From an uncultured Vicinamibacterales bacterium (GTDB lineage Bacteria; Acidobacteriota; Vicinamibacteria; Vicinamibacterales; CAZQMT01), in contig CAZQMT010000007.1 in assembly GCA_964594555.1 (NCBI GenBank), forward strand, positions 1 to 39,889: a DNA stretch of 39,889 nt, in the 5' to 3' direction. A program made the translations under genes and the position numbers. Numbering within the stretch: the stretch's first letter is position 1; every line of letters starts with the position of its first letter. Below the pieces are notes generated by a model. That model saw nothing but the letters and a program-made list of their open reading frames with translations. It was not told where the DNA came from and did not search any database. Shown in pieces: positions 1 to 9,884 of the stretch.

Positions 1-1224
1 TATCCGCCGATCGACTACCAGAATATTATTTACTACGCGGCTCCTAAGAAGAAACAGACACTAAAAAGTCTCGACGAGGTTGATCCAGAAATTCTGTCAA
101 CGTTTAAGAAACTGGGAATTCCACTTGAGGAGCAGAAGGCCCTGTCTGGGGTCGCTGTTGATGCAGTTTTCGATAGTGTTTCTGTGGCAACCACGTTTAA
201 GGATAAATTGGCAGAGCTCGGTATTATCTTTTCATCATTCTCAGAAGCTGTAAAAAACCATCCAGATTTAGTGCGCCGATATCTTGGTTCGGTTGTGCCA
301 CACTCTGACAATTTTTATGCTGCTCTTAACTCGGCAGTTTTTAGTGACGGGTCTTTTTGCTACATCCCGAAAGGCGTTAAATGCCCGATGGAGCTGTCGA
401 CCTATTTCCGTATCAATGCGATGGACACGGGACAATTTGAACGAACATTGATCGTTGCTGATGAAGGTGCTGTGGTTAGTTATCTCGAAGGTTGTACAGC
501 ACCTATGCGCGACACGAACCAGTTGCATGCTGCTGTTGTCGAGCTTGTCGCTTTGGACAATGCAACGATTAAGTATTCAACAGTTCAAAATTGGTATCCG
601 GGAGACAAAAATGGCAAGGGGGGAATCTATAACTTTGTCACCAAGCGAGGAAAATGTCTCGGAGTGAACTCGAAGATCACATGGACGCAGGTTGAAACAG
701 GTTCTTCCATTACATGGAAATACCCGAGTTGTATCTTACAAGGCGATAATTCGATTGGTGAGTTTTATTCTGTAGCGGTGAGTAATAACCGGCAGCAGGC
801 TGATACTGGTACCAAGATGATTCATTTGGGAAAAAATACGAAGAGTACGATTATTTCAAAAGGTATTTCGGCCGGGCGCGGGCAGAACACCTACCGCGGT
901 TTGGTTCGAATTGGTAAAGGGGCAAAAGGTTCGAGGAACTATTCTCAGTGTGACTCCTTACTGATAGGTGACAAGTGTGGTGCGCACACCTTTCCCTACT
1001 TGGATATTAAAAACACATCTGCTCAGGTTGAGCATGAAGCGTCGACTTCCAAGATTGGTGAAGATCAGATTTTCTACTGCCAACAACGCGGTATTTCTAC
1101 TGAGGACGCTGTTAACATGATTGTAAATGGCTTCTGCAAACAGGTCTTTCGTGAATTACCAATGGAATTTGCGGTGGAAGCCCAGAAGCTCCTCGGTGTC
1201 AGTCTTGAAGGTAGCGTCGGGTAA
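1..1224 (+). CDS. sufB: Fe-S cluster assembly protein SufB (5' end outside window)
   Basis: Frame 1 is open from base 1 ([17 protein letters not shown]...) and runs into the listed 184..1224 ORF. SufB/SufD-family C-terminal region is present ([44 protein letters not shown]). It is the first gene of a sufB-C-D-S-U order. Confidence 0.9.
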   Translation, partial: YPPIDYQNIIYYAAPKKKQTLKSLDEVDPEILSTFKKLGIPLEEQKALSGVAVDAVFDSVSVATTFKDKLAELGIIFSSFSEAVKNHPDLVRRYLGSVVPHSDNFYAALNSAVFSDGSFCYIPKGVKCPMELSTYFRINAMDTGQFERTLIVADEGAVVSYLEGCTAPMRDTNQLHAAVVELVALDNATIKYSTVQNWYPGDKNGKGGIYNFVTKRGKCLGVNSKITWTQVETGSSITWKYPSCILQGDNSIGEFYSVAVSNNRQQADTGTKMIHLGKNTKSTIISKGISAGRGQNTYRGLVRIGKGAKGSRNYSQCDSLLIGDKCGAHTFPYLDIKNTSAQVEHEASTSKIGEDQIFYCQQRGISTEDAVNMIVNGFCKQVFRELPMEFAVEAQKLLGVSLEGSVG

Positions 1225-1333
1225 TTAGTACCCACACTAGTGTTTGTCGCAGATGTTGCTCGGGGGGTGTGGGGGTGTCAGGTTTTGCCAGCCTATTTAT
1301 CACTTAGTCAGATTACATCAGGGGAATTAGATA

Positions 1334-2080
1334 ATGCTCGAGATTGAAAACCTGCACGCGCAGGTCGCTGATAATGAGATTCTCCGCGGAGTTAACCTCA
1401 CCGTGAAATCTGGGGAGGTTCACGCGATCATGGGGCCGAACGGATCTGGGAAAAGTACACTGGCAGGTATATTAGCTGGTCGTGATGCCTACACGGTAAC
1501 TTCTGGACATGTTCGCTATGACAATCAGGACTTATTGGACATGGAACCGGAGGCGCGCGCGCGTGAAGGGATATTTTTGGCGTTCCAGTATCCGGTAGAA
1601 ATTCCAGGCGTTAATAATTCTTATTTTCTCAAGGCTGCGCTGAACGAAATTCGGAAGCATCGTGGCGAGCCAGAGCTTGACGCATTTGAGTTTATGAAGC
1701 TTGTTCGTGAAAGGATCGAACTCCTCGAAATGGATGCGAGCTTACTTGAGCGTCAGGTTAACGAAGGGTTTTCTGGTGGAGAGAAGAAGCGGAACGAAAT
1801 TTTCCAAATGGCTGTCCTAGAACCTAAACTTGCCATTCTCGACGAGACCGATTCTGGACTCGACATAGATGCTCTCAAGATTGTGGCTAATGGTGTAAAT
1901 GCTATGCGAAGCCAAGAACGCGCCATTGTCGTTGTTACTCATTACCAGCGGCTTCTCAATTACATCGTGCCGGATTACGTCCATGTACTGTCGGCTGGCC
2001 GCGTTGTGAAGTCTGGTGGTAAGGATTTAGCGCTCGAGTTGGAAGAGAAAGGTTACCGTTGGACAGAGGAAAATGTCTAA
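1334..2080 (+). CDS. sufC: Fe-S cluster assembly ATPase SufC
   Basis: Walker [13 protein letters not shown] signature FSGGEKKR, Walker [13 protein letters not shown], 248 aa soluble ABC ATPase between sufB and sufD. GGGGA Shine-Dalgarno 8 nt upstream of the ATG. Confidence 0.92.
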   Translation: MLEIENLHAQVADNEILRGVNLTVKSGEVHAIMGPNGSGKSTLAGILAGRDAYTVTSGHVRYDNQDLLDMEPEARAREGIFLAFQYPVEIPGVNNSYFLKAALNEIRKHRGEPELDAFEFMKLVRERIELLEMDASLLERQVNEGFSGGEKKRNEIFQMAVLEPKLAILDETDSGLDIDALKIVANGVNAMRSQERAIVVVTHYQRLLNYIVPDYVHVLSAGRVVKSGGKDLALELEEKGYRWTEENV

Positions 2081-2107
2081 CCGGTTGGTGAGTGAGGAGG
2101 AGAGTTC

Positions 2108-3487
2108 ATGACTCCCGATCTTGAGTGGTCAGACCACTATCTCTCGCACTATGAACGGCACGAACACGAGAGGGGAGGGGTTTCTCCTGATTGGCTACGG
2201 AAGTTGCGCCGGAGCGGGATCGATGACTTTGTGGGTCGTGGTTTTCCTACGACCAGAGATGAAGAATGGAGATTTACTAACGTGGCCCCTATCGCAGCCA
2301 CGACATTTGCTCCAGCTTGGGATTTGGGTGCGGTTTCCGAGCCCAAGCCAGATTTACTAGAGAGTTTTGGACTTCCAGATTCGAAAGGTCCTCGACTTGT
2401 GTTTGTGGGCGGGCGTTTTGTTCCTGCATTGTCTCATGGGTTAGTTTCTGACGGTGGTATTCGTGTAACCGACCTCGCGGGAGCGTTCAAATCAACACCG
2501 GACATAGTCGAGCAGTACTTGGGTCAGTCGGCGAGATCGAATTTAAATGCTTTTAGTGCTTTGAACACGGCGTTTGTACATGATGGTGCTTTCATTTATA
2601 TTCCAGCTCATGGGGTCATCGAGGAAACGATCCATTTAGTTTTTGTGGGAACGGGCTACGACCAAGCCCGCATGGCGCATCCTCGAGTACTTGTCGTGGC
2701 GGAACAAAATAGTCAAGTACGCGTTGTTGAGACGTATGTCAGTCCATCAGGGGTTAGCTCGCTCACTAATGCTGTAACGGAAGTGGTTCTCGGTCAAAAC
2801 GCAGTTGTAGACCATTACAAGGTGCAGCGAGAAGATTTTAAGGACTTCCATATTGGTGAAATGTATGTGGAACTTGATCGGAATAGCAATTTTTCTTCGC
2901 ATTCGATTACTCTCGGTGGGTCGGTGGCACGAAACGACGTCATAGCGAGACTGGGAGGTGAAGGCGGTTCATGTACGCTGAATGGCCTCTATCTTGCGGA
3001 TGGCAATAGGTTGGTCGATAACCACACGACAATTGATCACGCAGAGCCGCATTGCGAAAGCCACGAAGTATACAAGGGTATTTTGAGTGGTTTTGCTCGG
3101 GGTGTGTTCAACGGCAAGATAATTGTTCGCCCGGATGCTCAGAAAACTGATGCAAAACAGACGAACAAGGCGTTACTGCTTTCGGACAATGCGCAAATTA
3201 ACACCAAACCGCAATTAGAGATTTTTGCCGATGATGTTAAGTGCACTCACGGTGCAACGATTGGGCAGCTAGACGATGAGGCGTTGTTCTATCTGCGTGC
3301 ACGAGGTATCAGTCAACAAGATGCAGCGAGCCTCCTAATACATGCGTTCGCACGCGATGTCATCGATAAGGTGAGCGTTGATGAGTTGAGAGCGCATCTC
3401 CATAGTCAGGTTGTTGAGCAGCTTCCCAAAACTCTTATTGGCGAAGTTCGTCCGGTTGAGGGGAACTTGAATAAGGAGGGTTCATGA
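2108..3487 (+). CDS. sufD: Fe-S cluster assembly protein SufD
   Basis: 459 aa. C-terminal SufB/D beta-helix-type region (NHTTIDHAEPHCESHEVYKGIL, QKTDAKQTNKALLLSD, PQLEIFADDVKCTHGATIGQLD). Position after sufC. GAGGAGG RBS. Confidence 0.85.
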   Translation: MTPDLEWSDHYLSHYERHEHERGGVSPDWLRKLRRSGIDDFVGRGFPTTRDEEWRFTNVAPIAATTFAPAWDLGAVSEPKPDLLESFGLPDSKGPRLVFVGGRFVPALSHGLVSDGGIRVTDLAGAFKSTPDIVEQYLGQSARSNLNAFSALNTAFVHDGAFIYIPAHGVIEETIHLVFVGTGYDQARMAHPRVLVVAEQNSQVRVVETYVSPSGVSSLTNAVTEVVLGQNAVVDHYKVQREDFKDFHIGEMYVELDRNSNFSSHSITLGGSVARNDVIARLGGEGGSCTLNGLYLADGNRLVDNHTTIDHAEPHCESHEVYKGILSGFARGVFNGKIIVRPDAQKTDAKQTNKALLLSDNAQINTKPQLEIFADDVKCTHGATIGQLDDEALFYLRARGISQQDAASLLIHAFARDVIDKVSVDELRAHLHSQVVEQLPKTLIGEVRPVEGNLNKEGS

Positions 3488-4746
3488 TTGGGCCACCCTC
3501 TGGGTTGACAACTCAGAATCTCTCTCCTGAGTTTTTTGACCTTCCTCGGATTAGAAGGGATTTTCCAGCGCTGTCTCAGATGGTCAACGGCAGGCCTTTA
3601 GTGTATCTTGACAACGCTGCGACCACCCAAAAATCAACAGCTGTAATCGAAGCTCTCTCCCGTTATTACTCTGAAGATAACGCCAATGTACACCGTGGCG
3701 TTCATGCCCTCAGCGAACGGGCGACGGCTGCCTATGAAGGTTCGCGTGAAAAGACCCGTGAATTTCTAAATGCGAACGAATCGAGGGAGATTATATTCGT
3801 CAGAGGTGCTACCGAGGGAATCAACCTGGTGGCCCAGGTCATGGGACAGCGGTTACAGCCTGGTGATGAGATCATTATTTCGACTATGGAACATCACTCG
3901 AACATTGTCCCTTGGCAAATGCTTCGAGATACCCGTGGGGTGGTCTTACGTGTGATCCCTATAAATGATGATGGCGAGCTCTTACTCGATGAGTACAATA
4001 AGCTTTTCAATGAGCGGACACGGCTCGTATCACTTGTTCACCTGTCGAATGTGATTGGTACGATTAATCCTATTCGCGAGGTGATTGTCCGTGCTCATGC
4101 TCGAGGAGTCCCTGTTCTCATCGATGGTGCGCAAGCTGTATCGCATGTAAAGGTTGACGTTCAAGCTTTGGACTGTGACTTTTATGTATTTTCGAGCCAT
4201 AAGTTATTCGGTCCCACAGGAGTAGGTGTACTTTATGGCAAAGAATCATTACTTGAATCGTTACCGCCTTATCAGGGTGGCGGTGAAATGATTAGTTCGG
4301 TGAGCTTCGATCGTACTGTTTACAACGCGCTGCCATATAAATTTGAGGCGGGTACTCCGAATATTGCCGGTGTAATCGGGCTTGGAACGGCTATCGACTA
4401 TGTAACGAAGCTTGGTCTTGAAAAGATCGCGGCCCATAAAGATAGCTTGATGAACTATGCAACCGAGACTGTTGGAGCTGTTGAGGGAGTTAGAATTATC
4501 GGAACTGCCGAAGCAAAGGCCAGTGTACTATCATTTGTTATGGATGATGTTCATCCGCATGATGTAGGTACCATTCTCGATCAAGACGGTATCGCGGTTC
4601 GCACAGGACATCACTGCGGACAACCCTTGATGGAAAGGGTCGGCTTGGCAGCCACTGTTCGCGCCTCATTTGCCTTTTATAATACACGTGAGGAGGTCGA
4701 TAGATTGGTCTCGGCCTTGCATCGGGTTCGTGAGGTTTTTGTCTGA
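3484..4746 (+). CDS. sufS: Cysteine desulfurase SufS (class V aminotransferase, group II)
   Basis: PLP-lysine context SSHKLFGPTGVGVLYG and active-site cysteine loop RTGHHCGQPL. The start ATG overlaps the sufD stop (ATGA), suggesting translational coupling. Confidence 0.9.
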   Translation: MIGPPSGLTTQNLSPEFFDLPRIRRDFPALSQMVNGRPLVYLDNAATTQKSTAVIEALSRYYSEDNANVHRGVHALSERATAAYEGSREKTREFLNANESREIIFVRGATEGINLVAQVMGQRLQPGDEIIISTMEHHSNIVPWQMLRDTRGVVLRVIPINDDGELLLDEYNKLFNERTRLVSLVHLSNVIGTINPIREVIVRAHARGVPVLIDGAQAVSHVKVDVQALDCDFYVFSSHKLFGPTGVGVLYGKESLLESLPPYQGGGEMISSVSFDRTVYNALPYKFEAGTPNIAGVIGLGTAIDYVTKLGLEKIAAHKDSLMNYATETVGAVEGVRIIGTAEAKASVLSFVMDDVHPHDVGTILDQDGIAVRTGHHCGQPLMERVGLAATVRASFAFYNTREEVDRLVSALHRVREVFV

Positions 4747-5198
4747 TGTCTAGTCTTGGTGATTTGTATCAGGAGGTTATTCTTGACCATAACCGCCGCC
4801 CTCGTAACTTTCGTCGACTCGATATTTCGTCTCGGAAGGTTGAGGGACGTAATCCGCTCTGTGGTGACCATCTGACGCTTTATGTCCGACTTGAAGATGA
4901 CGTTATTGAGGATATAGGTTTTCAGGGTTCTGGATGTGCAATTTCTACGGCATCGGCTTCTCTAATGACGGACGCGGTAAAAGGTAAGACGATTGAAAAG
5001 GTGAAGTTGCTGTTTTCGGGATTCCATGACATGGTGACTGGTAAGTCGATAAGTGACGTTGATGTTGAGAGGCTTGGTAAGCTCTCAATCTTTTCGGGAG
5101 TATACGAATTTCCGGTGAGAGTTAAGTGCGCGACTTTGGCGTGGCACACACTGCAAGCAGCCCTTCAGTCCGATCAAGATGTTGTATCAACTGAGTAG
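4746..5198 (+). CDS. sufU: SufU-type sulfur acceptor/scaffold (IscU/NifU N-terminal fold)
   Basis: Three conserved Cys contexts (NPLCGDH, GSGCAIS, VKCATLAW) with the longer spacer before the third Cys typical of SufU rather than IscU. The start overlaps the sufS stop (TGATG). Confidence 0.8.
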   Translation: MSSLGDLYQEVILDHNRRPRNFRRLDISSRKVEGRNPLCGDHLTLYVRLEDDVIEDIGFQGSGCAISTASASLMTDAVKGKTIEKVKLLFSGFHDMVTGKSISDVDVERLGKLSIFSGVYEFPVRVKCATLAWHTLQAALQSDQDVVSTE

Positions 5199-5244
5199 TC
5201 AGACGTTTTTAAACTGCCGGACATAATTTCTAGGTGTATTTCAT

Positions 5245-5571
5245 ATGCAGACCGATCCTCTCAAGACGCTTGAATTGAAGCCGCTCATCATAGAGGCGAT
5301 TTCGAAAGTTTATGACCCTGAGATTCCTGTCAATATCTATGAACTGGGTTTAATTTATGACATCGATGTTAATTCTGAGAATGTTGTCCAGATCAATATG
5401 ACCCTGACATCTCCCGCATGTCCTTCGGCACAGTCACTTCCTTTAGAGGTTGAGCGAAGAGTACGGGAAGTATCAGGAGTCGCTTCAGCCAAGGTTGATG
5501 TTGTCTGGGAGCCGACTTGGACAATGGAAAAAATGTCTGAGGAAGCTAAGTTGCAAATGGGGCTTCTTTAG
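5245..5571 (+). CDS. sufT: DUF59/MIP18-family Fe-S assembly protein (SufT-like)
   Basis: 108 aa with VYDPEIPVNIYELGLIY and TLTSPACPSA blocks typical of DUF59 proteins. Last gene of the suf cluster. Confidence 0.75.
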   Translation: MQTDPLKTLELKPLIIEAISKVYDPEIPVNIYELGLIYDIDVNSENVVQINMTLTSPACPSAQSLPLEVERRVREVSGVASAKVDVVWEPTWTMEKMSEEAKLQMGLL

Positions 5572-5601
5572 CAAATTAACCAAGAGATCCTTCGGGCATA
5601 A

Positions 5602-6771
5602 ATGTTTTCTCGGCGATTACCTCTTAATGTTTCGATAAATCGCCTAACCGAGCGACTTAGATTACTTCAGGCTCAAAGCATTAAGCTCTTTGATTTAACC
5701 CAATCCAATCCTTCGTTGGTCAGCTTGGATTACCCTTTGGGGTCGTCCGAAGAGTTTGAGGCCATTCTTAGACGTCCGTACTTGCCTCACCCATTTGGTT
5801 TGTCCGCGGCACGAGAGGCAGTGGCTAAGGATTTTGCTCGACGGAATATTCTTAGCGAGCCACATCGAATCATCTTAACTGCGAGTACGAGCGAGTCTTA
5901 CTCATTTTTATTTAAGCTGATTTGTGATCCAGGTGAATCGGTTTTAATTCCTCGCCCCGGTTATCCGCTGCTCGAATATCTTACGAGACTTGATGCAGTA
6001 AAGGGGATTCCTTACCAGCTGTACTACCATGGCGAATGGTCAATTGACTTAGAGAGTCTGGCAAAGAGTGTTACAAAGGACACGCGTGCAGTTGTGATAG
6101 TGAGTCCGAATAATCCTACTGGTTCGTTTATTAAATCACATGAGCTCGAGACGCTTATCTCGCTGTGTCACCGGTACAATCTAGTATTGATTGGCGATGA
6201 AATTTTTGCGGATTATCCTCTTCCGTACGATGGTAAGCGTGGGCCTAGTGTTTTGGATCAAAAAGAGGTTCTTGCTTTTAGTTTGGGAGGTTTATCCAAG
6301 TCTGTTGGTTTGCCAGGCGCTAAACTTAGTTGGATGGCTGTCGGTGGGCCCGAGGTGGAAGTTGAAGATGCGTTGGCCCGCCTCGAGTTAATCTGTGACA
6401 CCTATTTGTCGGTCTCGAATGCTATTCAGTATGCAGTGCCTGGGTTGCTGAAACTTGCCGACGAGACTAGACAAAAGATTGCTTCTCGTGTGGCTGAAAA
6501 TCACACGACGCTTTTGGAGAAGATAAGGACTTATCCAGCATGTCAGGTGTTGGAGCTAGAGGGCGGCTGGATGGCTACCATTCAGGTTCCATCGACAAAG
6601 ACCGAAGAAATGCTGGCAATCGAGCTTTTAGAGTTTGATCATGTGCTCGTGCATCCTGGTTACTTTTTTGATTTCACAACAGAGTCCTTTGTTGTGGTCA
6701 GCCTGTTGACAAAGCCTGAAGATTTTGCCGAAGGGATTACGAGGTTACTCAAAAGGTTCATGCTTGTTTAG
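5602..6771 (+). CDS. PLP-dependent aminotransferase, class I/II fold (substrate unknown)
   Basis: 389 aa. Contains DLTQSNP near the N-terminus, VIVSPNNPTG, and a PLP-lysine context LGGLSKSVGLPGAKLSW. Lies 30 nt downstream of sufT on the same strand. Confidence 0.8.
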   Translation: MFSRRLPLNVSINRLTERLRLLQAQSIKLFDLTQSNPSLVSLDYPLGSSEEFEAILRRPYLPHPFGLSAAREAVAKDFARRNILSEPHRIILTASTSESYSFLFKLICDPGESVLIPRPGYPLLEYLTRLDAVKGIPYQLYYHGEWSIDLESLAKSVTKDTRAVVIVSPNNPTGSFIKSHELETLISLCHRYNLVLIGDEIFADYPLPYDGKRGPSVLDQKEVLAFSLGGLSKSVGLPGAKLSWMAVGGPEVEVEDALARLELICDTYLSVSNAIQYAVPGLLKLADETRQKIASRVAENHTTLLEKIRTYPACQVLELEGGWMATIQVPSTKTEEMLAIELLEFDHVLVHPGYFFDFTTESFVVVSLLTKPEDFAEGITRLLKRFMLV

Positions 6772-6898
6772 AGGCCTTAGTAGAGAGAAGTCAGTTCACT
6801 TACGGTTGTAAAACGATGCTCAAAATTTTTCTTCTGATTTGCAGTCCGAGTCTTCGTAGACTGCTATGTTTAGTGCGTGCTAGACTCACTCTCCGATC

Positions 6899-8182
6899 AT
6901 GAGTGCTGGAAGGTTCTGCCTTTTTGTATCTGTCCTGGTTGGGCTCGGGTTTTGCCTCTGGGGATGTAAAAAATCACCGGAGCTTCCGCCTACTTCTGTC
7001 GGGGCAGACATTTTTTTAGCCCCAGACACACAATCAACCGAAGGTCTTGTTCCGAGGAATTCAACCTTGGCTGGGTTGCTTGAAGCAGAGGGTATGCCGC
7101 AAGCGGTGATATATGAGTTCATTGAGGTCGTTCGGCCGGTATTTGATCCTAGACGCTTACGAGCTGGTCAATCCTATCGACTTGTCAGGAGCCTGGATGG
7201 ATTATTAAGGGAATTCCACTACCGAGTCGATAACGACCAGTTCCTTCGCGTATCCGGACTCGATTCGGATACGTACAATTTTGAAGCCGAACTCGTACTC
7301 TACAAAAAAGAACGAGGGCTTGTCGCGTTGCGTGGTGTTATTGATGCTGAAAGGTCCTCCTTGGTCGCGGCCATCAACGAAGCGGGTGAGAATGTGTTAC
7401 TTGCCATGGATCTCGCTGAAGTTTTTTCTGCAGACATTGATTTCAATAGTGGTATACGTCGTGGTGATGAATTTCAAGTGCTTTATGAAACAGTGTATCG
7501 GGAAGGGGAATTTATTGGCTATGGGCCTGTGTTTGCTGCTGAGTTCGTGAATGAGGGACGCCGGTTTCACGCTTTCCGTTTCCAAGTACCAGGAGAATCT
7601 CCTGGCTACTATGATGAACAAGGTAAATCTTTGAAGCGTTTTTTCCTTAGTTCTCCACTTAAGTTTAATCCTCAGATATCGTCAGGTTTTTCTCGCCGAC
7701 GCCTACATCCAATTCTCCGCACCTATCGTCCTCACTGGGGAGTCGATTATAGGGCTCCTACTGGTTCACCGGTAGTTACCGTAGCGAATGGTGTGGTGGT
7801 GTCAGCCGGGATGAGTGGAGGTTCTGGTCGAATGGTTCGGATTAGGCATGCCAATGGCTACGAAACCTACTATCTACATCTTTCATCGATCGCAAAGGGA
7901 ATTCGTCGCGGTACACGGGTAGCTCAGGGGAGTCTTATAGGCAGGGTGGGTTCAACTGGGTTGGCTACAGGCCCTCATCTCGATTACCGAGTTAGGAAAA
8001 ATGGTGCTTGGGTTAATCCAGTTACTGAGCATCGCAATATGCCACCAGGTGAACCGATTCCCCCATCGTATCTTGGTGCCTTTGAGACCGTTCGTGATTT
8101 AGCTTTATCGAGACTCTTTGATTCAACATCACTGCATTCGGCAATCAGTCGGGACTTTTTGACTAAACGCCCAACTGGTTGA
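6899..8182 (+). CDS. Exported M23-family peptidoglycan metalloendopeptidase (possible lipoprotein)
   Basis: N-terminal hydrophobic signal ending LWGC. HxxxD motif HWGVDYRAPTGSPV, central YYLHLS, C-terminal GSTGLATGPHLDYRV (HxD instead of the usual HxH). Confidence 0.85.
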   Translation: MSAGRFCLFVSVLVGLGFCLWGCKKSPELPPTSVGADIFLAPDTQSTEGLVPRNSTLAGLLEAEGMPQAVIYEFIEVVRPVFDPRRLRAGQSYRLVRSLDGLLREFHYRVDNDQFLRVSGLDSDTYNFEAELVLYKKERGLVALRGVIDAERSSLVAAINEAGENVLLAMDLAEVFSADIDFNSGIRRGDEFQVLYETVYREGEFIGYGPVFAAEFVNEGRRFHAFRFQVPGESPGYYDEQGKSLKRFFLSSPLKFNPQISSGFSRRRLHPILRTYRPHWGVDYRAPTGSPVVTVANGVVVSAGMSGGSGRMVRIRHANGYETYYLHLSSIAKGIRRGTRVAQGSLIGRVGSTGLATGPHLDYRVRKNGAWVNPVTEHRNMPPGEPIPPSYLGAFETVRDLALSRLFDSTSLHSAISRDFLTKRPTG

Positions 8183-8305
8183 GATGGGTGGCTAGCGTAT
8201 AGTGTGTGGTGTCGATCATTTGAATCGCCATTTCGTTTCACTCATAGATTTTGTGTTGAGTTGCTTGTCGTATAATGGAAGTTCATTGCCATTTGGAGGT
8301 GTCCC

Positions 8306-9784
8306 GTGCGGAAAACTGGTAGTCGGCGTTCTCGGTTTTCAGATGCCTTACGTGTCGTTGGAGTATCTGCGATCGCGTTGTTGATCGTTGTGCCGACAGC
8401 TGTCGGCCAAAACCTTCCTGCACCCAAGCAGACAGCTCTGGAGTGGATCGAGTCGAATGAGCAAGAGCTAGTCAGCGTTTCACACGACATTTGGGAGTAT
8501 TCGGAGGTTGGCCTTAAGGAAACTTTATCGATGGCTCGGCTAACTGAGCTCCTTTTGGCGAATGGTTTTGAGGTTGAGGATGGGATTGCCGGTATGCCAA
8601 CTGCCTTTATAGGGAGTTATGGTAGCGGAGAACCCATCATCGGATTTTTGGCTGAGTACGATGCCCTGCCGGGAGTTTCACAAGATGCAGTTCCTGAGCG
8701 CCAGCCCCGTCCAGGTGTAGATGCCGGTCACGGATGTGGTCACAACTTGTACAGTACGGCTAGTACTGCTGCTGCGATTGCTGTTAAACAAGCGATGGAA
8801 AAGCACGGGCTACCTGGAACTGTGCGATTATTTGGCACTCCCGCTGAAGAAACTCTGATTGGAAAGATCTATATGTCTCGTGCTGGTGTCTTTGAAGATT
8901 TAGACGCGGTATTTTCTTGGCATCCGGGTGATCGTACTGGAGCCTCGTATGGTTATTCTAAGGCTCTGGCTTCTGCGAAGTTTCGGTTTAGAGGCTTGAC
9001 TGCTCATGCTTCAACTTCGCCTCACGAAGGTCGAAGTGCACTTGACGCAGTTGAAGCAATGAATTTTGGTGTTAACTTGCTTCGTGAGCATGTTAAGGAA
9101 GATGCTCGAATGCACTATGTTATTACTGATGGCGGCGGTCAGCCTAATGTTGTTCCAGCTTACGCTGAAGTTTGGTACTACGTCCGTGCGAACAAACATC
9201 TAGACGTGGAGACTTATTTCGACAGAGTGGTAGAAATCGCAGAGGGAGCGGCGAAGATGACGCAGACAGAATTGGAAGTTGAAGTCATTACAGCAACCCA
9301 CGAAATCTTGCCGAACCGGACTCTGGCAGAAATTGTCGATAGCAATTTGAATATTGTTGGTGCTCCAAGCTTTACGGCTGAAGAGAAAGCGTTCGCGACC
9401 AAGATACAAGAGCCTCTTGGCCGGACGTTCGACGTAGCGTTATCTGAGAAGATCGAGCCACTTCCAAGTGAGCCTTCACAGGGTGTGGCGTCAAATGATC
9501 AGGGAGATATTAGTTGGTTTACACCGGTTGGACGCATGCGGAGCGCTTGCTATCCAGTAGGCACCCCCGGACACAGTTGGCAGATTGTGGCATCGGGAGG
9601 GACAACCATTGGCCAGAAAGGTATGCTTGTCGCTGCTAAGACACTTGCTTTATCAGGTATTCAACTGTTGTCTAACCCAAACTCGGTTGAGGCTGCCAAT
9701 CAGGAACTCGACACGATCAGGGAGAATTTACCGTTTAAGAGCCTCGTGCCAGAGGGACAACAGGCCCCTAAGGCGATCAGGTGA
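8306..9784 (+). CDS. Exported M20-family amidohydrolase (AbgB/aminobenzoyl-glutamate hydrolase subunit B-like)
   Basis: GTG start with GGAGGTG RBS. Signal-like N-terminus (VVGVSAIALLIVVPTAVGQ). Blocks IAGMPTAF, GFLAEYDALPG, GHGCGHNL, FGTPAEE typical of M20D amidohydrolases. Confidence 0.8.
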   Translation: MRKTGSRRSRFSDALRVVGVSAIALLIVVPTAVGQNLPAPKQTALEWIESNEQELVSVSHDIWEYSEVGLKETLSMARLTELLLANGFEVEDGIAGMPTAFIGSYGSGEPIIGFLAEYDALPGVSQDAVPERQPRPGVDAGHGCGHNLYSTASTAAAIAVKQAMEKHGLPGTVRLFGTPAEETLIGKIYMSRAGVFEDLDAVFSWHPGDRTGASYGYSKALASAKFRFRGLTAHASTSPHEGRSALDAVEAMNFGVNLLREHVKEDARMHYVITDGGGQPNVVPAYAEVWYYVRANKHLDVETYFDRVVEIAEGAAKMTQTELEVEVITATHEILPNRTLAEIVDSNLNIVGAPSFTAEEKAFATKIQEPLGRTFDVALSEKIEPLPSEPSQGVASNDQGDISWFTPVGRMRSACYPVGTPGHSWQIVASGGTTIGQKGMLVAAKTLALSGIQLLSNPNSVEAANQELDTIRENLPFKSLVPEGQQAPKAIR

Positions 9785-9884
9785 CTAAGGAATTAGGATC
9801 TTGTTCGATGGTAGGTTCCTGCGCCTCATGTGCATTGATGAGTAGCGAGGACCGTCAAGAGGTGGTGTTGTCGATTAACATCAT

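Noticed and set aside
1261-1282. G-quadruplex in the sufB-sufC spacer
   Set aside because: Only two long G-runs plus a GG are present. Four separated G3+ tracts are not available, so a canonical G4 is not supported.
6841-6864. Hairpin GCAGTC-N12-GACTGC after the aminotransferase gene as an intrinsic terminator
   Set aside because: The 6-bp stem has a 12-nt loop and no following T-tract. That is too weak to call.
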